DNA of 64,000 nucleotides from an uncultured Acidobacteriaceae bacterium (GTDB lineage: Bacteria > Acidobacteriota > Terriglobia > Terriglobales > Acidobacteriaceae). The stretch is from the NCBI GenBank assembly GCA_963811095.1, contig CAWEQA010000018.1, positions 581,456 to 645,455 of the forward strand. Direction: 5' to 3'. The position numbers were made by a program, and so were the translations under genes. Positions 40,301-48,449 of this stretch are shown piece by piece. Each line of letters starts with the position of its first letter. Position 1 is the stretch's first letter. A model generated the notes under the pieces. That model saw only the letters and a program-made list of their open reading frames with translations, did no database searches and was not told where the DNA came from.

Positions 40301-40626
40301 TGGCAAAGGAAAGGCTGAAACCGGACTGGGTCGAGCGCTGGATTACGGATCCGCAGGCGGTCAGCCCTGGCACATCGATGCCCTCTGGCTTGTTCAAACA
40401 GCTCAATAGTCAGTGGGTCTTTGCTGGGCCGACCCCACCCACGTTCAATGGATTCGCGGGAGATCACCGCAAGCTGCTGACTGATTACATCTTCCAATTG
40501 ACTCCGGAGGAACAGCGGCGAGTCGCGTCGTCCATGCCGCGGGCGAAGGCGGCCGTGCAGCGTTCCACTGATCGTAAACAGGCGGCGGTTGAATCGCATC
40601 ACACAGCGAGCGGTGGTTCGCGGTAG
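37358..40626 (+). pseudogene. membrane-anchored eight-haem c-type cytochrome (~1088 aa if repaired), frame broken twice near 39401-39405 and 39474-39478
   Basis: GTG start after ggagga. CxxCH motifs: CESCH, CSPCH, CQSCH, CMGCH, CLACH, CGGCH (only in the intermediate frame), CMGCH and CLKCH. Track ORFs 37358..39682 and 39679..40626 are its two main pieces. Confidence 0.8.
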
Positions 40627-40709
40627 GTGATTCGCGTTAAAATGACCGGTTTGGTGAATGCACTAGCAGTTTGTTAGCTCTCTTTGTCAGCTCTTTAGGG
40701 CGCGGGCAG

Positions 40710-40746
40710 GACGCCCGCGCGACAGCCGGCAAGACGCCGGCGCTAC
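40710..40746. repeat. double-hairpin REP-like element (family B)
   Basis: Partner of 35083..35119. GCGCGGGC..GCCCGCGC and GCCGGC..GCCGGC stems. Confidence 0.65.
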
Positions 40747-40768
40747 CACTTCAAAGAAAGGCGACATC

Positions 40769-41566
40769 ATGAATAAGAAGACAGGTTGGACAAAACTGAC
40801 GGTCAGCGCGCTGGCATTGTGCGCGCTGCTGATCCTGGCAGCTTGCAGCAAGAAAGAGGAAGCTCCGGCTTCGAGTCCTGCGGCCGAGCAACCTGCAGCG
40901 TCGGCTCCGGCAGCGACTCCCATCGATCCAGCAACGGTAGCCACCGTCAACGGAACGGTAAAATTTGACGGCACGGCTCCCAAGGTCTCTAAGATCGATA
41001 TGAGCCAGGATCCTGGCTGCAAGGGCACGAACGAAGCCGAAAACGTCGTCGTCACCGGCGGCGATCTCGCCAATGTCTTCGTCTACGTAAAAGACGGCCT
41101 CGGCAACCGCACCTTCGATGTGCCCAAGGATCCGGTCGTGCTTGACCAAAAGGGCTGCCAGTACCATCCCCACGTGTTGGGCGTGATAGCCGGCCAGACC
41201 GTACAGATCAAGAACGACGATCCTACGACGCACAACATCCATCCCACGCCCAAGGACAACCGGGAGTGGAACGAGTCTCAGCCGCCCTCTTCTCCGGCGA
41301 TCGAAAAGAATTTCGCGCGCGAAGAGATCATGCTGCCCGTAAAGTGCAACCAGCACCCGTGGATGAAGATGTATATCAACGTGGTCAAGAGCCCGTTCTT
41401 CGCCGTCACTGGCAAGGATGGAAAGTATGAGATCAAGGGCCTGCCGCCGGGAGACTACACCATCGCGTTCGTCCACGAGAAGCTGGGTGAGCAGGATCAG
41501 AAAGTCACGGTCGCCGCGAAAGATACGAAAACCGTCGACCAGAGCTTCAAGGCAGCCGCGGAGTAA
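40769..41566 (+). CDS. cupredoxin (amicyanin/plastocyanin-like type-1 copper) lipoprotein with C-terminal CarboxypepD_reg-like domain
   Basis: Lipobox LAAC. His ligand context THNIH. C-x2-H-x2-M as CNQHPWM. C-terminal GKYEIKGLPPGDYTIAF. Confidence 0.75.
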   Translation: MNKKTGWTKLTVSALALCALLILAACSKKEEAPASSPAAEQPAASAPAATPIDPATVATVNGTVKFDGTAPKVSKIDMSQDPGCKGTNEAENVVVTGGDLANVFVYVKDGLGNRTFDVPKDPVVLDQKGCQYHPHVLGVIAGQTVQIKNDDPTTHNIHPTPKDNREWNESQPPSSPAIEKNFAREEIMLPVKCNQHPWMKMYINVVKSPFFAVTGKDGKYEIKGLPPGDYTIAFVHEKLGEQDQKVTVAAKDTKTVDQSFKAAAE

Positions 41567-41590
41567 AGGCGCCGGTGGTAAAATACCGGG

Positions 41591-42631
41591 TTGGACAGAG
41601 CAGGTTGCACTCACCGTGCTACCTGCTCCGCCCTCCTAAGCCAAGGGCGGTCTCGTTCCCTTCGGAGACCTCCTGACCCAAGGGGCACCACTCTGAAAGC
41701 CATCGCGACAACCTACAATCGCGGGCATCACAGGCTCGCTGTCGTTCTTGCCTGCTGGACTTTTCTTCTGATCATTGCCGGCGCTCTAGTCACCAGTAAC
41801 GATGCCGGACTATCCGTGCCAGACTGGCCCACCTCGTTCGGGTCCTTGTACAAGATTCCGAAACTTGTGGGCGGGGTAAGGTTCGAGCACACGCACCGCA
41901 TGATCGCGCAGGGGGCCGGACTACTGACGATTATCCTGGCGTGGTGGACTTGGGTCGTCGAAAAGCGGCGCTGGATGCGGTTGTTGGGCCTTGCCGCTCT
42001 AGGAACCGTGATTGCCCAGGGGATTCTGGGCGGCCTGACCGTGCTGTTTTTTCTGCCTCCGCCGATTTCGTCCGCGCATGCGGCATTGGCTCAAACCTTT
42101 TTCTGCATTGCGGTCGCGATGGCTTTGTTCACTGGCCGCAGGTGGGTGGAGGAGCAGCCTCGCGTGGAATTCGACCAGCGGCACCCGAGCCTGTTCACCC
42201 TGACCCTGCTCTCCATTTTGGTTCTGTATGTGCAGTTGATTCTGGGAGCGATGTTCCGTCACCACGGGTTGAGCTGGTGGCCTCACGTCGTGCATGCCGT
42301 TGTCGTCTCGGCCGTGCTGGCGTGGACCTCAGTGCGAGCGCTGACCGTCTATCCGCAGATCGAGGCGGTTCGTCGCCCGGCGATTCTGATGCTGTCCCTG
42401 GTCATCGGCCAGCTATGCCTCGGCTTTACGGCGTTTCTGACCCGCGTGTCGTGGGGACGAGACGCCGTGCAACCGGAGCTTCCCATGGTGCTGGCCACCG
42501 TGGCTCACGTGGCCGTGGGAGCGCTTCTTCTAGCGACCACGGTGATCCTGGCGATCCAGGTATGGCGGCATGTTCCGGTCGCTTTCGAAGAGACCCTGCC
42601 GGAAGCGCAGCGCGATCCCTCAGCAGCATAG
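41591..42631 (+). CDS. ctaA: haem A synthase (COX15/CtaA family)
   Basis: GLSVPDWPTSFG and conserved His-containing helices. No in-frame ATG. The start is TTG 41591 or, more plausibly, CTG 41693 after aagggg. Confidence 0.8.
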   Translation: MDRAGCTHRATCSALLSQGRSRSLRRPPDPRGTTLKAIATTYNRGHHRLAVVLACWTFLLIIAGALVTSNDAGLSVPDWPTSFGSLYKIPKLVGGVRFEHTHRMIAQGAGLLTIILAWWTWVVEKRRWMRLLGLAALGTVIAQGILGGLTVLFFLPPPISSAHAALAQTFFCIAVAMALFTGRRWVEEQPRVEFDQRHPSLFTLTLLSILVLYVQLILGAMFRHHGLSWWPHVVHAVVVSAVLAWTSVRALTVYPQIEAVRRPAILMLSLVIGQLCLGFTAFLTRVSWGRDAVQPELPMVLATVAHVAVGALLLATTVILAIQVWRHVPVAFEETLPEAQRDPSAA

Positions 42632-42743
42632 GATCGTTTTTCCACCAGGGACAGGGCGAGCCACAACTTCTCGCCACCTGCAAGTGTTCGACTTGTCACT
42701 GCTGTCCCGAAGCGGCAATTGTCAGCATGATGTCGTAAACTAA

Positions 42744-43799
42744 ATGCAGTCCCCGGAGTCGACTTTGGTTTCGAAAGTATCTGCGCTCGCTGAGCCCGGT
42801 CCCGAACTAGAGCAATCCGCCGCGCCTGTTATTTCCGTACAAAATCTAGTCCACCGCTACCAGACCCGCACAGCTCTGAACGGCGTTTCCTTCGAAGTGC
42901 GTCCGGCGGAACTGTTTGGGTTGCTCGGGCCCAACGGCAGCGGGAAGACGACGCTCTTCCGTATTCTCTCGACTCTGATGATCCCGACCGGCGGTCGTGC
43001 GGTCGTCATGGGATGCGACGCAGCGCAGGATCCCGCGAGTCTGAGGCGGCAGATTGGAGTCGTGTTTCAGGCACAAAGTGTCGACGCCAAATTGACGGCC
43101 TACGAGAACCTGTGGCATCAGGGACATCTGTATGGGTTGCGTGGGTCGGCACTGAAACAACGCGTAGGAGAGATCCTGGCTCGCGTGGGACTGGCCGACC
43201 GCGCGAAAGAACGCGTGGAAACCTTCTCCGGCGGGATGCAGCGCCGCATCGAACTGGCCAAAGGCCTGCTGCACCACCCCGGCGTCTTGTTGCTCGATGA
43301 ACCCACCACCGGCCTCGACCCGGGCGCTCGCCGCGACTTGTGGCAATACCTGCAGATGCTGCGCGATGAAGAACACGTTTCCGTGCTGGTCACAACTCAC
43401 CTGATGGAAGAAGCCGAGCGTTGCGATCGACTGGCGATCATGAATGAAGGGAATCTGGTGGCTTTGGGGACGCCGGCGGAGTTAAAGAGCGAGATCGGGG
43501 GCGACGTGATCCTGCTCGACGCGGCGCACGACGCCGCATTGCTGGCCGAACAGATCCAGACACGCTTCCACGTGGAAGCGACCGTCATGGGGAAGCAGGT
43601 GCGCATTGAGCGCGAAGGCGGCCACCGCTTCGTTCCCGACGTCGTTGAAGCATTCCCCGGAGAGATTCAGGCAATTTCCGTCAGCAAGCCAGCGCTGGAG
43701 GATGTGTTCATCCACCGCACCGGCCACAAGTTTTGGAGTGAAGAGCGCGAAGCAAGTTCGATAGACGAAAAAAAAGACAAAAAGAAAAAGAGGAGGTAG
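42744..43799 (+). CDS. ABC transporter ATP-binding protein (ABC-2 / DrrA-NosF type)
   Basis: Walker A GPNGSGKTT, signature FSGGMQRR, Walker B LLLDEPT. Confidence 0.9.
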   Translation: MQSPESTLVSKVSALAEPGPELEQSAAPVISVQNLVHRYQTRTALNGVSFEVRPAELFGLLGPNGSGKTTLFRILSTLMIPTGGRAVVMGCDAAQDPASLRRQIGVVFQAQSVDAKLTAYENLWHQGHLYGLRGSALKQRVGEILARVGLADRAKERVETFSGGMQRRIELAKGLLHHPGVLLLDEPTTGLDPGARRDLWQYLQMLRDEEHVSVLVTTHLMEEAERCDRLAIMNEGNLVALGTPAELKSEIGGDVILLDAAHDAALLAEQIQTRFHVEATVMGKQVRIEREGGHRFVPDVVEAFPGEIQAISVSKPALEDVFIHRTGHKFWSEEREASSIDEKKDKKKKRR

Positions 43800-43800
43800 C

Positions 43801-44055
43801 TTGCGTCCAATGATCCTGGTGCTTTCTCTGGTGCTCGGTCTGGTTCCCTTGGCGGGCGTCGTATGGATTTTCGTAAGTGGCATGATTGTCCTCTATCCAT
43901 TTTCTGCGACGGTGGACGGCCTCTTCATGACGCTGATCCTGCTCACTCTCTCGGCGTGCTTCCTGCTAAACGCATTCTGGGAAATGCGTGACCGCGGGAT
44001 GCTTGGCAAAAAGGCAGCCCCGCCCGCTAAGACCCCTGTGGCGAAAGCGAGTTAG
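43801..44055 (+). CDS. small two-TM membrane protein
   Basis: 84-aa ORF between the ATPase and permease genes. Start is TTG 43801 or ATG 43810. Confidence 0.5.
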   Translation: MRPMILVLSLVLGLVPLAGVVWIFVSGMIVLYPFSATVDGLFMTLILLTLSACFLLNAFWEMRDRGMLGKKAAPPAKTPVAKAS

Positions 44056-44058
44056 AGA

Positions 44059-44886
44059 ATGGCGACTCAGGCAACAACTCTGGCGCGACCGATGACGCCC
44101 GCATCCGCGGGCGTGATGCTGCCAGCGTTCACCCTCTGGTGGCGGGAGATCGTTCGCTTCTACCGCCAACCGGGACGCGTGATTGGCGTGATCGCCTCAC
44201 CGCTGGTCTTTTGGGCCGTGCTCGGCTCCGGCTTCGGCACCTCCTTCCGTTCCGGCGGAGGCCCCGGCCAGCAACACTACCTCGATTATTCCTACCCCGG
44301 AATCCTGATCCTGATCGTACTTTTCACCTCCATCTTCACCATGATGTCAGTGATTGAAGACCGCAAGGAAGGCTTTCTTCTCTCCGTGCTGGTTGCGCCC
44401 GTCCCCCGCACTGCCATCGTGCTGGGTAAAGTCCTCGGGGGTACCACAGTCGCCGCCGCCGGGGGACTGATCTTCCTGCTCTTCGCTCCCTTCGCCGGAG
44501 TCCATCTGGGACTGGTTCAGGTTCTGCTGGTCGCTTTGGTCGTTTTTCTGGTCTCGTTCTCTCTGACCGCTCTCGGCTTCGCCATCGCCTGGCCCATGGA
44601 TTCAACCCAGGCTTTCCACGGAATCGTGAACCTGTTTCTGATTCCGATGTGGCTGGTTTCGGGCGCACTGTTTCCGATGTCCGGTGCATCGGGATGGATC
44701 CGCGTCATCATGCGTCTCAACCCGCTCACTTACGGCGTAGATGCACTGCGCGGACTGCTCTACCCGGATGCTGGAACGACTTTTCCGCTGTCTCACGATC
44801 TAGCGACGCTGCTTCTGTTTTCGCTGGTCATGTTCGCTCTGGCCCTGCTCATGGCTAATCGTCGCACCACGAAGCCTGCCGCGTGA
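44059..44886 (+). CDS. ABC-2 type transporter permease
   Basis: 275 aa, six hydrophobic helices, follows the ATPase gene. Confidence 0.8.
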   Translation: MATQATTLARPMTPASAGVMLPAFTLWWREIVRFYRQPGRVIGVIASPLVFWAVLGSGFGTSFRSGGGPGQQHYLDYSYPGILILIVLFTSIFTMMSVIEDRKEGFLLSVLVAPVPRTAIVLGKVLGGTTVAAAGGLIFLLFAPFAGVHLGLVQVLLVALVVFLVSFSLTALGFAIAWPMDSTQAFHGIVNLFLIPMWLVSGALFPMSGASGWIRVIMRLNPLTYGVDALRGLLYPDAGTTFPLSHDLATLLLFSLVMFALALLMANRRTTKPAA

Positions 44887-44896
44887 TGCCAACCCT

Positions 44897-45331
44897 ATGA
44901 TCGCCGAACAGTACGCTTTCTTCCCTGCCCTCAACGCCACCCTGAACGGAACCAGCGCCGCACTTCTGCTGTCAGGACGTATCCTGATTGCACGCGGCCG
45001 CATGGCCGCCCATCGCGCCTGCATGATCGCTGCCGTGGTCGCGTCGGCATTGTTTCTGGGATGCTATTTGTACTTCCACTTCGAGGTTGGGAACATCCGG
45101 TTTCTCGGCGTAGGATGGGCGCGGCCAGTCTATTTTGCGATCCTGATTTCGCACGTTACGCTGGCCATTATCATCGTGCCTCTCGCAATCATTACATTGA
45201 GCCGAGGGCTCAAGGCCCGGTATTCTCAGCATCGCGCCATCGCCCGCTGGACGTGGCCCCTGTGGATGTACGTTTCCGTCACGGGTGTCATCGTGTACTT
45301 TATGCTGTACCAGTGGTTCCCGCATAGCTAA
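44897..45331 (+). CDS. DUF420 membrane protein (CtaM-like, haem-copper oxidase associated)
   Basis: 144 aa, four TM helices, LNATLNGTSAALL start typical of DUF420 as I recall it. Confidence 0.7.
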   Translation: MIAEQYAFFPALNATLNGTSAALLLSGRILIARGRMAAHRACMIAAVVASALFLGCYLYFHFEVGNIRFLGVGWARPVYFAILISHVTLAIIIVPLAIITLSRGLKARYSQHRAIARWTWPLWMYVSVTGVIVYFMLYQWFPHS

Positions 45332-45340
45332 GGCTAGGGC

Positions 45341-45436
45341 TCACCACAGAGGACACGGAGGGTACAGAGAAACATCGAGAACCCAGGCGAACCCAAGAAA
45401 AGTTTCTATTCACTTTCCTCCGTGTCCTCTGTGGTG
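45341..45436. repeat. 21-bp perfect inverted repeat (family D)
   Basis: TCACCACAGAGGACACGGAGG at 45341..45361 and its exact reverse complement at 45416..45436, with a 54-nt spacer. Confidence 0.8.
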
Positions 45437-45447
45437 AATTGATTTTT

Positions 45448-45714
45448 ATGTCCGTATTGAAACTCAAGATCGATGTTTCCGGCACAGTCGGCGACGCCGC
45501 CTGGCGCGAGATCCAGCAGTTTGATCAGATTCAGAGTGCGGATTTCGGCCCACAATTCGGTAGTGGCGGCAGCTGCAGCCATCCACCCGATGCTCCCCAT
45601 GCCAAGGGCGAATGGATCGGTGCTGAAATCCGGCTCCAGACGCCGCTTCTGGCCCAGTACGCAATGTCGCACTACCTCGAGCAGGAGCGCGTGCTCGACG
45701 CAGACGCAGAGTAA
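45448..45714 (+). CDS. hypothetical protein (weak call)
   Basis: 88 codons fitting exactly between the inverted repeat and the next gene. High GC3. No convincing RBS and no recognisable motif. Confidence 0.3.
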   Translation: MSVLKLKIDVSGTVGDAAWREIQQFDQIQSADFGPQFGSGGSCSHPPDAPHAKGEWIGAEIRLQTPLLAQYAMSHYLEQERVLDADAE

Positions 45715-45747
45715 GCTCGTTCTGTTATAGTTCCTTTCCGGGATTCC

Positions 45748-46662
45748 ATGTCGGTTCAATCAGAAACCTCTGCTCCAACTCTTACTCCTGACGGCTCTGC
45801 CACACCGAAGCCCAAGCGTTCGATGTCGCGGACTCAGAAGATTCTCTTCTTTGCCACCGGATGGCTGATCGTCCTGATGCCCTTTCTGTTCTGGTGGAAC
45901 ACATGGTTCGGGCGCCATCTGTCCGACCAGCAGTTGACCGAGTACCTCCACGATGACAAGAAGCCCCGACATATCCAGCACGCGCTGGTGCAGATGGGCG
46001 ATCGCATGGGTCGTCAGGACAAGGCGGGCAGACCAGCTCCCGATCCCGCGGCAAGACAGTGGTATCCCGACCTGATACGGCTGGCGAGTGATCCGGTGGA
46101 CGAGGTTCGCAACACCGACGCCTGGGTCATGGGCCTTGACGCTTCGGGCACGGGCTTTCACGAGACGCTGCTGAAGATGTTGTCGGATCCTTCGCCTATG
46201 GTTCGGGGGAATGCTGCGCTTTCTCTGGTGCGCTTCGGGGACGCAACCGGGCGTACGCAAATCGTGGCGCTGCTACAACCCGCTCAGATCAGCTCTCCCG
46301 CAAATGGTCGCGTCGTCGACTCCGACCGCCCCGGCACCGCGGTCCATCAGGGCGGACTGCTCGCGAAGATTGCACCTTCGGGATCTTCAGCGCCAATCGA
46401 GATTCGCTCGCCGATTCCCGGGCGCATCCGCTCGGTTTCGCAGCCCGGCGCAAATGTCACGGCGGGCTCGGAAGTGGCCGTGGTCGATCCCGGGACCGAA
46501 CAGGTATGGGAAGCCCTTCGAGCGTTATATCTGGTGGGGCAAGTCGACGATCTGCCGGCAATCCGTCCCTACGAACGCGACCTGCCGGACATCTCGAACG
46601 ATGTGCGCAAGCAAGCGCAAGAGACAGAAAAAGCAATCCGCGACAGAAGTGCGAACAAGTAG
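45748..46662 (+). CDS. membrane-anchored HEAT-repeat protein with C-terminal barrel-sandwich (lipoyl/HlyD-like) segment
   Basis: One TM helix (ILFFATGWLIVLMPFLFWW). HEAT-like DPVDEVRNTDAW... and DPSPMVRGNAALSLVRFGD. Confidence 0.65.
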   Translation: MSVQSETSAPTLTPDGSATPKPKRSMSRTQKILFFATGWLIVLMPFLFWWNTWFGRHLSDQQLTEYLHDDKKPRHIQHALVQMGDRMGRQDKAGRPAPDPAARQWYPDLIRLASDPVDEVRNTDAWVMGLDASGTGFHETLLKMLSDPSPMVRGNAALSLVRFGDATGRTQIVALLQPAQISSPANGRVVDSDRPGTAVHQGGLLAKIAPSGSSAPIEIRSPIPGRIRSVSQPGANVTAGSEVAVVDPGTEQVWEALRALYLVGQVDDLPAIRPYERDLPDISNDVRKQAQETEKAIRDRSANK

Positions 46663-46773
46663 CGCCGCCATCCTACCGGCTGTCTAGAGAGCCTGCCCTG
46701 AGCTTGTCGAAGGAGCGTCGCGCCCTCGATGCCGGGCACTAATCCCACTGCGATAAGATTTCTATTACCAATC

Positions 46774-47181
46774 ATGACGCAGAAACTAGGCTACATCGCT
46801 CTAGTAGTTCGCCACTACGACGAGGCCATCAAGTTCTACACGCAGTCTCTGGGCTTTCAATTGGTCGAGGACACCGACCTCGGCTGCGGAAAACGCTGGG
46901 TACGAATCAGGCCGCGGGGATCGGCCGGGACGGACCTGCTGCTCGCAAAAGCAGTCAATCCGGAACAAGCGAGCCGCATAGGCAACCAGACGGGAGGCCG
47001 GGTCTTTCTGTTTCTCCACACTGACGATTTCTGGCGCGACTATAGGGCTATGACAGAGCGCAGCGTGAAGTTCGTCCGGCCGCCAAGCCAGGAATCGTAC
47101 GGAACGGTTGCGGTCTTCGAGGATCTCTACGGCAACCAGTGGGACCTGCTGGAGCTGAAGCATTCACCTGCTGAACGATAG
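46774..47181 (+). CDS. VOC-family (glyoxalase / bleomycin-resistance fold) protein
   Basis: ATG 46774 inside ORF 46729..47181. LGYIALVVRHYDEAIKFY...FEDLYGNQWDLLE. Confidence 0.8.
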   Translation: MTQKLGYIALVVRHYDEAIKFYTQSLGFQLVEDTDLGCGKRWVRIRPRGSAGTDLLLAKAVNPEQASRIGNQTGGRVFLFLHTDDFWRDYRAMTERSVKFVRPPSQESYGTVAVFEDLYGNQWDLLELKHSPAER

Positions 47182-47334
47182 TCGCATCGCACGGCGGGGA
47201 CTCACGGATGAGTTCTGCGAGATGGTAGGGATCCTTCCACTGCGTTGCGGATTTCACTTCGTGAATTCCGCAACTACGCTCAGGATGACAAGTCTCGGCG
47301 GCGAGCCAAAGGGCAGCTTGTAAAAGAAAGTTTC

Positions 47335-47368
47335 AGCTAGAAGCTAAGAGCTAGCGGCTAATAGCTGG
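47335..47368. repeat. family C repeat
   Basis: Exact 18-mer shared with 23444..23461. Confidence 0.6.
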
Positions 47369-47371
47369 CCT

Positions 47372-47752
47372 TCAAATCGCCATCGGCCCGACTTCCTTTT
47401 CAACTTCTGCCGTGTCGACCATGACGATGGCATCCCACGGACAGCCGTCGAGGAAGCAGCCATCGGGGCCTTTGCTCAGGCATTTCTTGCAGCCGATGCA
47501 AAGGATGGGGTCGATCTGGATGCGGCCGAATGGCGGATTGTCCTCGTCGGGCACCCAGAACATGCAGTCTTCCACCGGGCAATATTCCACGCAGGCGGGC
47601 GAGCCGGCGCATCCGGTGCAGCACTCGGTGATGACCGCCAATTCCTTCGGTTTCTTCTTGCGTGGGGTGGCAAGGCCTTTGGACTTCGGTTCAAACTTAA
47701 GTTCGTCGGGAACCATCCCAACGGCTCTCGTGGCGCCGGGTACAGGAGGCAT
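47372..47752 (-). CDS. 2x[4Fe-4S] ferredoxin-like protein with basic N-terminal extension
   Basis: CTGCAGSPACVEYCP and CIGCKKC...GCP clusters. N-terminal PRKKKPKE. Confidence 0.8.
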   Translation of the reverse strand: MPPVPGATRAVGMVPDELKFEPKSKGLATPRKKKPKELAVITECCTGCAGSPACVEYCPVEDCMFWVPDEDNPPFGRIQIDPILCIGCKKCLSKGPDGCFLDGCPWDAIVMVDTAEVEKEVGPMAI

Positions 47753-47929
47753 GCGCGGAATTATAACCTGAAACCGCGTCAGTCATGAACTTACTTCCGC
47801 GTAAACAAGATGCTGCGAAACCGGAGAGTCTCGACCCAAAATGACACTCGTGGCAGGGGTTTGTGACAGACAGCACGATTCCCACCGGCTCCATTCTGTT
47901 ATAGTGAACCCCTGCAAAGGAGCACCGAC

Positions 47930-48415
47930 ATGGCTGGCAAGAGTCTGAACCGGGTTCAACTGATTGGAAATCTAGGGAAAGATCCCGAAATCAAGTACAC
48001 GCCGCAGGGCACCCCAGTGGCCAAGCTGACGATCGCCACCAACGAGCGCTTCAAGGACAAGGCCGGCGAATGGCAGGACCGCACCGAGTGGCACAACGTC
48101 GTCCTCTGGCAGCGCCTGGCCGAGATTGCCGGCGAATATCTGAAGAAGGGTGGCAAGGTCTACATTGAGGGCCGCCTGCAAACCCGCTCGTGGGACGACA
48201 AGACCTCTGGCCAAAAGAAATACATGACCGAAGTCGTTGCCAGCGACATTATTCTCTTGGGTGGACGCGGTGAGGGCGGCGGTGGTGGAGACTTCGCAGG
48301 CAGTTCGCGCGGATCTTCATCTTCGGCGGGCGCCAGCAACAACTTCGACCAGCGCACTCCTGAGCCCGAGCCAGCAGCATCCGGCCCGATCACGGACGAC
48401 GATATTCCGTTCTAG
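47930..48415 (+). CDS. ssb: single-stranded DNA-binding protein
   Basis: OB-fold N-terminus (NRVQLIGNLGKDPE...TEWHNVV), Gly-rich linker, acidic tail DDDIPF. Confidence 0.95.
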   Translation: MAGKSLNRVQLIGNLGKDPEIKYTPQGTPVAKLTIATNERFKDKAGEWQDRTEWHNVVLWQRLAEIAGEYLKKGGKVYIEGRLQTRSWDDKTSGQKKYMTEVVASDIILLGGRGEGGGGGDFAGSSRGSSSSAGASNNFDQRTPEPEPAASGPITDDDIPF

Positions 48416-48449
48416 CGCGTATCCCGTGGGTTAATGAACTCACCGCGGA

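Noticed and set aside
45406-45759. Minus-strand 117-aa ORF as the real gene of the 45.4-45.7 kb gap.
   Set aside because: Its 3' end runs into the family D repeat arm and its 5' end overlaps the start of the HEAT-repeat gene. It is kept only as the alternative to the weak plus-strand call.
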